From Callorhinchus milii (Eukaryota), in assembly GCF_018977255.1 (NCBI RefSeq), contig NW_024704743.1, positions 62,312,001-62,376,000 on the forward strand: a stretch of DNA of 64,000 nucleotides. The letters run 5' to 3'. The notes below the pieces were generated by a model, which had not been told where the DNA came from, ran no database searches, and was given only the letters and a program-made list of their open reading frames with translations. The translations under genes and the position numbers were made by a program. Shown here piece after piece: positions 1-12,700 of the stretch. How positions within the stretch are numbered: position 1 is the first letter of the stretch; every line of letters starts with the position of its first letter.

Positions 1-561
1 GCAAGCTAAAGCCCTTAGCGATACGGTGGGTCTAGCTGGACATGAAGCGGGAAGACAGTATTTTCAATGGCAAATCGCACGCTTTTGGTTCGTTAAACTC
101 CAGAAGTACCTGCCCAGATACCCCAAACACTTCACCCTGTTCCTAACCCTTTTCCGAATTTGCTGAACACTGTACATCCCTGAAGGGACAGAGTGCGCAC
201 TCCATTCTAAATAACCACAACATTTCCATAAGTATCTGGAACACTCAATCAACCAAACAAACCCATCTCTGACGATGACCTTTATTCCTGGTCATGTAGA
301 GCTTAAAGTACGTGGCAAGTATATGGATTTTACGTGAATTCTGTGCCGTTAGAAGTAATGGTAAAAGTCAAGTCACCCAACCTTGCTCACAGTTCTACCC
401 ATAATTTGAGATAATAATATGATGATGTAATGGTGGTGGAAAAGGCAACTCCTTAATGAAGCATAATGAGCAGTAATTATGAGCTGTCTCAAGAACATCC
501 CTAAATAGTAGTGAACGGCACAAAAACACAAAGCAAAGGCACAAGCAATACCCGTGCTCAC

Positions 562-717
562 CAGGAATTAAATTGGAGTCATAGTCACAGGGTTGACTCT
601 CGCTACTATTTTCAGAGCACTGGTTTCCCACAGGAAATAAAATGTTACAGTGACGTGTGCGGTGCTGTGAGCCTGAATCCTCACAGGCTGACCACTCTGA
701 CCACTCCGACCAGCTAT
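562..717 (-). CDS. SEMA5A: SEMA5A coding exon 18 (last TSP1 repeat)
   Basis: 156 nt, DSWSEWSEWSACEDSGSQHRTRHC...PCDYDSNLIP; cccatgcag / G|GTGAGC. Confidence 0.94.
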
Positions 718-3700
718 CTGCATGGGAAGAAAGAAAGGAATAACTGCTTAATCCCTGGAAAAGCAACAACTTCAAATTGTTAACCAAAATTCAATTGGTG
801 AATAAGTAAAGTGATACTTGACCGCAAACATTCACAATATAACCAGATTATTACATTGAACAGGGGTACTGGATGGCACACTTTTCCTTTCACTGTAATG
901 GGTGCTAAGTGAAATGGTTTGGGGCAATATCAACCCAGTTCAACCTGGATATAATTTTGCAGAACATAGCTCTAAATTACCACTCCCTCACAGGGGCCAG
1001 AGGGTAAAACTCCCACCCCATCCTCCTCTGCGTTTACATAGTTTACTGGTGTAGTCTGAGGAATTCGCTGCTCACTCTGAAACACTATTTTAGTGCGGAA
1101 CATTGGCATTTCAGTGCAGCAGAACAGGAAATCGACTGAATTAAGCTAACTTTCTTCTGCTTGACTCACAATCTGCCTCTGCGATGGCAGATGGACTTGC
1201 TCCCAGCAGATGATGCCTGTGCTGATAGGAATCCGTGCTCAGACAGGACTCTGACCCAAGAGGTGAGTGTGTGAGCGAGAGTGGCATTAATTACCAACCT
1301 GCATGAAATTTGTGGTGATTTATAATGCATTCCTTGTGACAATTATCAGCATTTCAGGGGCAGCAGATCAGGAAATCGACTGAATTAAGTGTCTTTTCTT
1401 TTGTTCCTTGATTCAAATCTGCCTCCAGGTTGGCAGATGCGTTCCTTGTGTTAATTATCACAAGGAATGTATTGTAAAACCTTACAAATTTCACCCCAGT
1501 TTTCTTTAACTTGTCTATGGCCTGGCCATTCAAAATGGGTCCCTGTTTTCTGGGAGAAAGCATTTTGGAAAATCCTGTTATAATTCTGTCCCTGGCTTCA
1601 ATCTCTCAGTGGTCGTGTTATGAGCAAGGCACATAAAAATAAACAACTTCTGGACCATCATTTTGCACTGATGTCATTTATTTAAGTGTTCTGAGACTCT
1701 ACTGCACGTGAAGGGTCACTATATAAATGTTGTTGTTGTACAGATGTGTGCGATGCACATAAAGTGCCACTGTCTTTACAAAGTGACATTACTGGTGCTT
1801 CCTGCCCCTGGGCAGCATGCAGCAAGGTTTGGTAGCAGCCCTTCCTTTACATAGAGCACTTGCACAGCTTTCTTGAAGTGACATCAGACTTCCAATGCAT
1901 AGCAATGTCAGCAGTAACCTGATGACCCAGAGGTCAGCTATTTATAATTGCAGGAAGGCAGCTAGTCAGCACCAAAACCCGGCTGTACTGCATTTAGAGT
2001 TAACATGGGCCCAGAGGAGATGTAGAGAATTAGACCTGGCCATACAGCCCAAACGAGACCCGCACTATAAACAGGCCAGCGCTATGCTGAAAAACATCAG
2101 TAGTGTAAAATCGTCAAGTCTTAAAAGTGAATCTAGCTTACTTTCAGGTACAAATTTTAAATTGAATCCAGGAACTATGCATACTATTAGTAATTAAGTA
2201 ATAATGGATCCCTACCAATTTACCTACAATGTAGTCCCTAGGCTTGACAGTATTTATTTGAGAAGCTCTTTAAGATGTCTCACCATGATAGGGCGTGACA
2301 TAAAGCAAGCTCATTCAATGTCTATCTCGGAAAGCAAAGAATTGCATGGACCATGTGAGAATTGAAACTACAGACAAAATCCTTCTAGTTAGGCTGTTGT
2401 CTTAAATTTCCCAGATTACATTATGTTATTATTCATTCACAGATTCTGCCATCATTCAAAGCACTAAATTGTTTTTCTGATCTTCTGCACTTTCAACACT
2501 GTTGACTAGCTGACTAGCAGCAGAGTTCTGGGACCACTAGAGTGCTGAAAGTCCTTTTAGTCTTAGCCTGTAAGATTATTTTGCCTTAAGATTTAAGATC
2601 ACACAGATTTGTGAAAAAGTCTTAAAATTTATTCTTAATTTGGAAGACAGTTTTCCGCAGTTCTGAATAAGAACTGGCTTCCAAATCAAGATTTTTCCAC
2701 AATTCTGTGCAATCTTGAATTTTGGAACAAAATGGTCTTACAGGCTAAGACTGAAGGTTTGACTGTGGTTCAAACTTGCAATCAGTAAGTGAAATTATGC
2801 AAAGCAAGTTTCAACCGCAAGCAGCTGGGAAACAGACTTTCTGTTATCACCCCATCCCTCAAAAAAAGGATTTTTTCCATTTATTCATAACAAGTAGAGA
2901 ATGGATCACAGTGTGAGTTTTTCTGTGTCTATTTGGTGACAGTCAAAAATCACTCAAAGAAGCGTTTTGAGATGTCCTCCTGATGTGAAAGGCGCTATAT
3001 AAATGTAAACCATATTCTATTGCTGTACCACAAATTTGCAGGAAAAGCGTTTTTTGTAGATGATTTATGGCAAATGAAAAGTGTAGAAAATTCAAAAGCA
3101 ATTTCAGGGCCAAATGGGTAGTTAAAGGTTTGTTTATTCTTTTAACCATACCTGGACAGGCCTGTGTGTTGCAGAGTGCTTCCTCGGTGTGCAGTCCCAA
3201 ACAGATATCCCCCCCGTAGGCTGGTGCAGGGTTGCTGCAGGAACGTGTGCGCATGTAATGGCCACCTCCACAGGTCACAGAGCACTTGGACCAGGAAGAC
3301 CAACAGGACCAGATGCCATCCACTGAAAACAACAGCAACAAAATCAAATATTTGAAATAAAAATAGAAAAATACCACAAAAGCACAACAAGATTGCTCAA
3401 CAAACCTGAGCAAGTTTAATTCTTTAAATGAGCCCCTTGCTTCAGAACACAGGTTTCGATCACAAAATACATTGTTAATTCACTTTACAGTATATTCTGT
3501 GAAGCTCTTTGGAAAGTCTCAACAGTGTGATAAGGCGTTATACCAAACACAAGGAATATTACAGGTTTATGAAAGTGTGTTTTTGAGTACTGAATATGAC
3601 ACATATTGACTAGTCACAATCAGCAATTATTTTTGCCTTCAGTTTCAACAATTATGCTACTAATTGGGGTGCACTATCCCTGTACATAAACATCAATGCT

Positions 3701-6700
3701 TGATTAAAAAAATTAAAAGTTAAAGCTCACTTGTTTAAATCAAAAGAACCTAATAGTCAAGCCCAGAAAAGGTTGTAGCAATCCAGTTGGGTGGTCCTAA
3801 AAAGTTCACCAGATTTCACCGAGATATGAACTCAGATTGCAGGATTCAGAGTCCAGAGTTCTCACAATCACATCTTTCACACTATACACAAATCATCGTT
3901 TTGTTTACAGGAAAATAGTGTTGGGAGTCTAATTTGCAGTATTTCTTAATGGGATTCCTCCTTAATAAGGAATCCAAGTTATGCAAATGAGGTTCCTTCC
4001 AATATCACTCTGCTTTTATACCCTCAAGTCAACAATGAAGTTACAAATTCTAGCAGGATTCTTGATCAAGGAATCACATGAAGAAATACCATAAAATAGC
4101 CCCATTATCTTAAACCAGAGGAATTTAATGCCATAAAAGGACTACAAATACTCTTATAACATAGAGGAGACAGTGGTGGGCTGGGGAAGCATTGCAATAA
4201 AAGATGCAGCAAAAAAGCAAACAGAGAAGAGAGGATGGAGGTGGAAGAAGGGTGACACTGATGTCTCTGGGAATCCTGGATGGAGTTTCTTTGTGTTGAT
4301 CTCAGCAAAAGCTGGAAAGTGCTGCTCGTTGGTGGATGGCATGTCGGAATGTGAGGTGGAGGGGTAGAGGGAGGGAGTTCAAACTCAAGGTCATTTCTGC
4401 AATGTGAGGGACAATAGTTCAATTTCGAATACAACATCTGTACTCAATATTTTTGTATTTTATTCTCAAATGGATTTTTGTTGTTTTAAGAAAAGAAAAT
4501 GTTTTTTGTTATTCTGCTTCAGCTGCAGCCTGTGCTGATGAAGCCAACGGACAATAGGAAAGAAATTACTTCGGCACTGTTACACTGCCAGCTATCATCC
4601 AATGAGTACTGCTGCTGTAAATCAATAGGTAAACTTTCTCTTTAAGGACTGTCGTCACTCATCAACTGAACATTTCAGCCCAATGATATGATAAATAGGC
4701 TCTGTTCACTGCCCACTGCAGCACTCAGCCACACAGACCAGGAGTCACAGGTTGGAATCCCAGTCTGTGCTGAGTTAGCCCCAAACACTGGCAAAAGAAA
4801 AGCATAATATTAATTTTCTGCAATAGAATATCCTGTTCTGCGGCTCCTAGGTTTTGACCACCTCAGCCTATAACAAATTGAAATTACAGAACAACTTGCA
4901 GTTATATAGCACCCGTTCATACAGGGGAGAGCTGCAGAGTGGAAATTAATAAATATAAATCAGCAACAAAACAAACACAGTCAGAGTCCTACAAAACACT
5001 TGGAAGTTTAGGCGGAACCAATATAGGGTGGGCCATGTTTTACCTTCTCAACATCTAAAGTTTTACTAATTCTCATTTTAAATGAAGTACGTATGTGGCT
5101 CATATTGGCTATGTTGTCTTACAAAAAAAATACAAAAGCTTGGAGGTTGCTTTCATCTTTCTTTGTTGCAACTGGCAACCATCTGTGCTCCACATTACAG
5201 CTCACGCAGTGCCTTGTTTCCTTGCCAATTCAACCAGTCTTTCAAAATCTGTCACTAATGAAAATCGAGTAATGTTGAGTATTTGTTGCAAACTGACTTC
5301 GCTGGTTGAGAGACATTTCACTGGAAATTAGATGAGGCCGTTTAGAGCATCTGGCTAGCTGTGGACCACTTTAGGATAAGTGGCTAAGGAGGGATAGCAT
5401 GATAGCCACCTCTGAGCATGTGGCTTAGTAGCATCTCAAACGATTAGGAGTGCACTTCACCTCTTACCTGTTTACATAGAGCAAGGGAAATTCTGTTGGA
5501 TGAGGGTGTGTATAAAAAATAAGTTGATGAGGTGAAAATTGGACTCTGTAATTGTTGATTATTCTATCATTGATGAACGCAGTCAACTGTACCAGTTGAT
5601 AACTGGCCAGGACTTCATCTTAGTGGTTGGATCCAAAACTGCCCCAGCAGCCATTGGGCCTGCCAATAGTATAGGTACCAAAGCTGTAACATGGGATACT
5701 GTCTTAACTCAGATTTTTTAATGTTAATCCTGTGAACGCCCTCCCTCTCCCCCCACACCCCCATTTAGTAGATTTGACAAAGGACAAGTGTGCCATTTTG
5801 AGGCTAAGACTTGCTAGCTAGGTCAGTATCCTTAGACAGAGAACAACAATTTAAATCCATTTTGACTTCCTTACCTGGGCAAGGCAAAGTGTTACACTCC
5901 TGATATTCCAATGATGGTCCCAGGCAGGGAAATCCTCCGCTCTTTGGCTCAGGATTGTTGCACATGCGTTTGCGACTTCGAATCCCTTTGCTACAGTCTC
6001 TGCTGCACTGTGTCCACGGCAGCCAGGCCGACCAGGCACCATCCACTGTGCGAGAGTTAAACCTACCAGATCGTAAGATGTTCCCAGAGAGCCCTGTTGG
6101 AAACAAAGTGAAAGAAAATGAGAGAGGAACGAAAGCATGAAAAACAGCAATCAAAAAAGAAAACCAGCTTACCTAGGAAGAAAGAGAGGAGGAAGGTAAT
6201 TCTGTTCCATTCACCAGGGAGTCAAAGTAAAACATCCCAAATATAAGGTTCCAATTATAAAACAGTTTATACCTCACAACATGTGGAATACTTTAGCCAC
6301 AGGTCAAACTCAACTGGATACTGTTTCAGGAGAATAATTTCTCCATTTGCGATGGATTGGTGAATAAAGTGGGTTTAAGGAAGCCCATATTCTTCTGGAC
6401 ACATTCCTTGTGCCAAAATAAGTATCAAATGTAATTTTAAGACTGAAGCACGCCTTGTTGGCACTATTCATTTAATATTATCACAACCACTCAGCATAGC
6501 AATGGAATATTGCGCTCATAATTTAAAGAAAACTATTCTGTACTTTGTTGATTTTAAAGGCCTTCTAACTCTCCTTTTGAAGATATAAATGACTTCCATA
6601 GTTGTGCCTTGTAATGTAGCACAGGCTTGTTATCAAAAAGAGAAATAAACCCAATAGTCCCCTGTTTCAATAATTATTCAAGTCTTTTGTAAACCTCAAT

Positions 6701-9700
6701 GCTCTGTAACTAAAGTGAATTGACAATGGCAGAAATGCCAAAGAAACAAATCACTACCTCTTTACATAATAGAAGATAAAGGGCTCAATTTGAAAAATAA
6801 CACTTTAAAAGTGATTTAAGCCTTTAATCTGGGATTGATATGCCTCAATGGCCACCAACTATTTTCTCAATGTCAAGAGAGGGTTTACCCAATCATTGGA
6901 AGGCTTTAAAAGTGAGGTCAAGGATCATGAACCCAATCTGTTGAGAGCTGGGGAGCCAGGAGCCAGGCAAGGAGAAGGGTGATGGGCTCGTTGAATTTAT
7001 GTGGCTCGTGGCCGTTTGTGAGATCTTGCTGGTGCAAATAGCTACTTCATTTGCCTACAAATACACAACATCAACAAAAACAACAAAATTACACCTGTAT
7101 AGTGCCTTTCGCGTCGGGAGGACGTCCCAAGGCGCTGGATGGACAGAGTTACGGACCCGAGCTGAGGGTCGGGTGGGTGAGGATGGAGCGCAGGGGGTTA
7201 AGCAGGGAGATCGAAAGCACGGTCGAAGAGGAACACAGTTGCTGCACTTCATAGTAAAAATCCTGTGAAGCACTTTGAGATGTTTTGACAACATGATACG
7301 ATTCTACATCAAGGATGATTATTAATTACTGGAGAAATTCCATGTGAAATTGTTTATTTTAGACTCCAATATCTTTCAAACACACATTATCACAGTAAGA
7401 TGTAAAGCCTAGCCTTCCACATCAATTTTAGTAATAATACCACGTGTCAAATTTTATATTGATACCTGAGGTGCTCCATAATATAATTTCTGGAATCCTA
7501 CTGTTAACATTTAGTTAAGACTTAAGGAAATGAACCCAAACAAAAATAAACAAAAGATAATCTAATTTCTTGGGGAAACTGTACATAATTCTTGGACTCA
7601 GGATTTTGTCTGCCACTGACCTCCTGTAGAACAGCCAGTAGATCCATCGCTTGAGCAATAACGCATCTCTATCCTTTGCCGACCAACATCCAGCAAGTTT
7701 GGGTCTTCCAAGCGTGCTTTGCATGTGTACCTGAACCTTTGCTCATAATGACCTCCATTATCTGAGATGTTAACAGGTGTCCATGGAGTCCATGGAGTGG
7801 TCTTCTTCAGCTCAGGGCATGAGTTTGTGTTACAAAGCTGGTATTCCTATATATAGAGAGAGATTAGTCAAATTAGCATTCCAGTGTTAACCACATATCA
7901 AGGCTGACCAACAATTCTATATCGGTTCTATTGTCTTTACCTGAAAAACCATAGTTTTAATCTATTCTTTGCTGAATGCAGCAAAACTATGTGAAGCAGG
8001 CAAGGCCATTAAGATAATCATTGACCTCTGTGCAAAAAGTAATTTTAAATTCTGCATGACTACAGTCCTGCAGAATGTTCCCTCTTTCATATATCTTGCC
8101 TCAAAGTAGAGTCAAAGCAGATGGAAGATTTAATATTTCACAGGTGGAGTTCCGAGTGTATATAATTTAAAGAGCATTATGGTAAGAATCACTGCACCCA
8201 ATGTTACAAACACTAAAAAAGTATTTGTTCAAACTGGTGTGTAATCAATCTATATTAAATAACACAGCCTGGAATAAAACATATTTTACAAATGCTATGC
8301 ACATATAAACACAGAGTGTATACCACACACCACTGAATACTATAGTTGTAAATATTTGTTATATATTATAAACCGCAACCAAAGTTAAACTACAGCACCT
8401 CAGTTTGCAATGTCAACTTCAGAGTTAGATATCAACCCAAGATCAGTACATTTGTGTTCAGTGTCTTAATAAATGTGTGTTCTCTCCATCCAAACCCTGA
8501 AAACCCCGTGGATCATGTGCCATGTGCTGTTGTCTCTGACAATAGTAATTATTTTGTAACATAAAAAATTACATAATAAACACAGAACAACATTTCTAAT
8601 TCGCAATTGCCATACGATACACCCCAGAAAGAAAGAACCTGCATTTTGATAACAGCTTATGACACTGAAACAATGTATAGAGGTTGTATGAGTAGGTAAA
8701 TGCAGGAGCCATTGGAGTCAACAAGGCAACACAAACTGTCATGAGGTGAATGTCAGTTTAATCTGTTGGCCACATCATTAGAAATTCATAGTTTCTCATG
8801 GTGTAGCCATTTACAAATGTTTGCACATATAAGCACATAGTGTATACTGCACACCACTGAACGCTATATTTGAAAATATTTTTGATAGTGCATACCATTC
8901 CAGGCTATGTTGTTTAATATAGATTAATTACACACCAGTTTGAACAAGTGCTTTGTACAGTGATACAGTGCCATAACATAAGCTTTTTAACGTCCGCCTG
9001 AAAAGACAAATGGAGCATTAGTTTTGAACGTCTCATCTGAAAGACGGCACCTCCAACAATACAGCAATCCGCAGTATTGCGTTTCAAGTCACGAGAGGGG
9101 CTTAATCCAGATGTGAGATGACTATCAGTTGATCGAAGCTGACTCGAATATTTCACACATTTGTACATTTTTATTTTCGTATGATCGTTCCTTTGTTATT
9201 CTAGCAACCCTGTATCACAGCAGTTAAAAATTATTTGTGTAACACAAGAAACTATTTGGTGACACTAAGTAAAATATATAAAAACATCACCGTGAATGCA
9301 TCACCGTGGGAATTGGATAGGCAATTAAAAAGGAAATATTTGTAGGGCTACAGGGTAACATGAGCGAGTGGGACTAGTTGATAGCTCTTTCAGAGACGGC
9401 ACAGGCACGATGGGCCGAATCGATTCCTTCTGTGCTGATTCTATGAATGCATTTCAGAAAGACAGAAGGAAACATAAATTCTGCAGAAATGACTAAATTC
9501 AAACTTAAAAAAATTACTTTTAAAGCCAAATCCATTTGCTACCTTTTAGTGTGGCTTTCCCTGCCAGTTGATGAACAATAGAAGAGACAGCTTTATTGTA
9601 GCTGTGCAGGATCAATTTGGGTCCTAAGCTGGAAATAAACAGCTCATCCTAATCGAGATACACTATGGTGCATTCCATCACATCCAATTCTGTACCCCTT

Positions 9701-12700
9701 CACCAATAGCTCCAAAGCCCGCTGATACCACTGATAATTCTAAGACAAATACAAATCAGTTTCTAAGTAAAACTAAATCTGCAAGGAAATTCAACTTCCG
9801 AGGTTTTAAAAATAAATTCTTGACCATTCTCGTGGTGATGTGTAAAAGTCAGATACAGTACAAGGAAAAACTGATCAAAGTGTGGAAGCCCTTAATCTTT
9901 TCAACATGGCACGAAGAGTCCTCTAAAGCTACTGTAGTCCATAGGGACATTTTCAGGATTCTCATCCTTTACAAGCACATTGTATTACCCTCCCCTTTTC
10001 CCTTCCCTATATAGTATCTACACTTATAATAGGCCACATAGCTATAGCTCTTGATGAATAACCTTTCATTTTAGCAGCATGAGGTATCTTTCCGCCCAGC
10101 TGGTAGCAACAGTGGATATTTTCACTAGTCAGTTTGTAACTAAGTTTTTTTGACTGTCGTTCGTTCCCACAAGACACAGACAGTTGACTTATTTCATAAA
10201 TCTCTCAGTTCAGCAGTACAGAGGCCACTTAACATTTGCCAGTGGAATCCATCTAAGTTACATTTGTGACCTGTGTGAAACAGGCTGGAAGTATAGAATG
10301 ACAATCCCTTGAGCTAAATTAAACTCGGAGACGAGTTGGGTAAGAATTTAAGAGTGCCCCTTAGTATTGCTCTGGCTTGACACTGTCAGAGAAGGGTAGA
10401 GTGATCAATGATCGAGGCATAAACTTTTATTAACCACTAAAGCTGAACCCAAACCCGCTATGATAGCTAACAAGCCTGAAATAACAGAAAACTTGGGTTG
10501 AAAAATGCAATGTTTCTTAACAGATTCAATCATTTTCAAATCTGTTATTGAATCTGCTATGAGACCTCACATTTTTCACCCATTCCGCTGGTTTGAATTC
10601 TTCCTTTAAACGACGGCACACGGGTCGTGTCCAAAGCTATCTGTTATAACATTTTTTGTCGTTATCTTGTATTCTTGTTTAGCAGTACCTTTGCCCATTT
10701 CTTATTCCCCACCTCAGAGCTGGCATTTGAGTACAGCCTCACAGGTTACCAAGTGAATTAAATTAAACCTTTTAATTTCACTTCCCTGTCTTTTCGCTAT
10801 ACCCATTAATATCCTTATTTGCCAAGTATCTATCCATCTCCCTTTTAACCATCCCAATTAATTTTGCCTCTGTAGCCATCTGAGCAATGCATTTCTAACC
10901 ATCTTAGCTCAAATAAGATTAATCCCATGATGGTGATGGTTATCAGAACCAACTGCCCCAAAAATCTTAAAAGTCTTCATTTTAAGACAATTTAAGATTT
11001 CTTAAATTTGATCTTAATTTGGAAGCTGATTTTCCGCAGTTCTTAACTTTTTAAAAAAAAACTGCAGCAAACCAGCTACCAAATTTTAAGACAATGGCCT
11101 TAAGGCTATAACTGTGAGAAATGTCAGGTCTTAGGTTTGTGACTAGTTAACACTCTTTCTGGAAGATCAGGCCTGCCAGCTGAGCGTCAAAATATGAGGG
11201 TGTGTTTTGTGCTCCTGCTCTGGAGTTCTGCCACAGCGCTATTTTTGTTGGCTACTTACTAAGCTGTATCCAATGCTTCCAGAATCAATTTTCATTGCAT
11301 CTGTTAGTTGATATATTTTATGCTACTGTGAGAAGACCTGTTTACACCCGATCTAACTCTCCTGAAAGTAAGGATTATTATTATTATATAGCATAAATGC
11401 TCAAAGACTAGCAAGACTGTTCTCAGCTCTAGTGGATGCCTTCTACCTATCTGGAGACAGAAAAGGTGGTGTTTGGTGAAAATTTCAATCCAGTTAGGTT
11501 ACTGTCCAGGCACCTTTATTAGAAGGAAATGCGAGCTACTGATGTGTTCATTCTCACCAGCTGTAAATGGATAAATGCTTGGGTGGCCCTTTGACCAGGA
11601 ATATTTAGCTGCTTACCTCCCAGTCTGGAATGCTGGGCTACAAATATAACATCTAAATTTTACTGCAGAACATTTTCCCTCAGTTTACTGCGTTAACTTT
11701 ATAAAACTCAGAATAGAGTTTTATTAAGTTTTTATAAAGTTTTATTTTTTTATCAAGGATGTTTCTCTGCACTTTAAAACCTCTGCCTCACATTGCAGGA
11801 TTCTGTAATTAATGTGTTAAATAATATCTCAAATTATATTTGCGATGTTAATATATATTTGAAACATACGATCAATCTCATATGAGGGGAGTTGGTTGTG
11901 ATTAGCTTCGAAAAAGATCCTTTCTCAAGGAGTAATAAAAGACTGTTTATACACAACAAACTGTTTTCAGTCCTTATCAGTCATTTTCTCATGAAAAAAT
12001 GATCTGCAGCTGGAGAGAGAGCTATGTTGTATTTTTTTTACAAAGGAACCATCTTGCAAAAGACAGTAGATGAAAGGTCACTTAACGATCTGTATAAACG
12101 GAGATTGATTCGGAATAGAATCAGAAGAAAGAATTGAAGGAGAGGGATCGAACTGGATGTGCCTTGAACAGAATTGGCATTCGAGTGATCGAATTAAACA
12201 TACAATAATACCTGGATACTTTTGGGTGATCGAACTGAGAAACGTACAACAATACTTGGATACCTTTGGATGGATATATATATTTTGATTAAAAAGGACA
12301 CATTAAAATGGACATTAAATTGGATATTACTACTCTATCTCTCCCACAGCATTTGGTTAGGTCAACTTAAATCGTTGTGAATTATGCGTCAATACATAAG
12401 CATTATTGTAATGTATTCTTTTAATTACTTATAACTATTACTAATCTGAATTAATAAATATCTATATTTTTGTATAACATTTGTGTCAGTCCTTACTTCA
12501 CCTCTGGGTCACAAATTTAAATTAACCCGTACAAAATTACCACCTTGTGATAGTTAGATGCTCAGTCATTCTTTGTGCACGTTTCAAAATTTTATAGCAA
12601 TTACCATTGAATATTGATCTGCAGTACAAGACAATTAATGAGGCAAGCTGGCTAGTTACATCACTTACAGCTGCCACTAAAGGCATACCACTCCAGCAGG

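Noticed and set aside
1..561. Next SEMA5A exon (juxtamembrane/TM)
   Set aside because: No matching peptide found; 1-250 is repeat family A, so the exon must lie beyond the window
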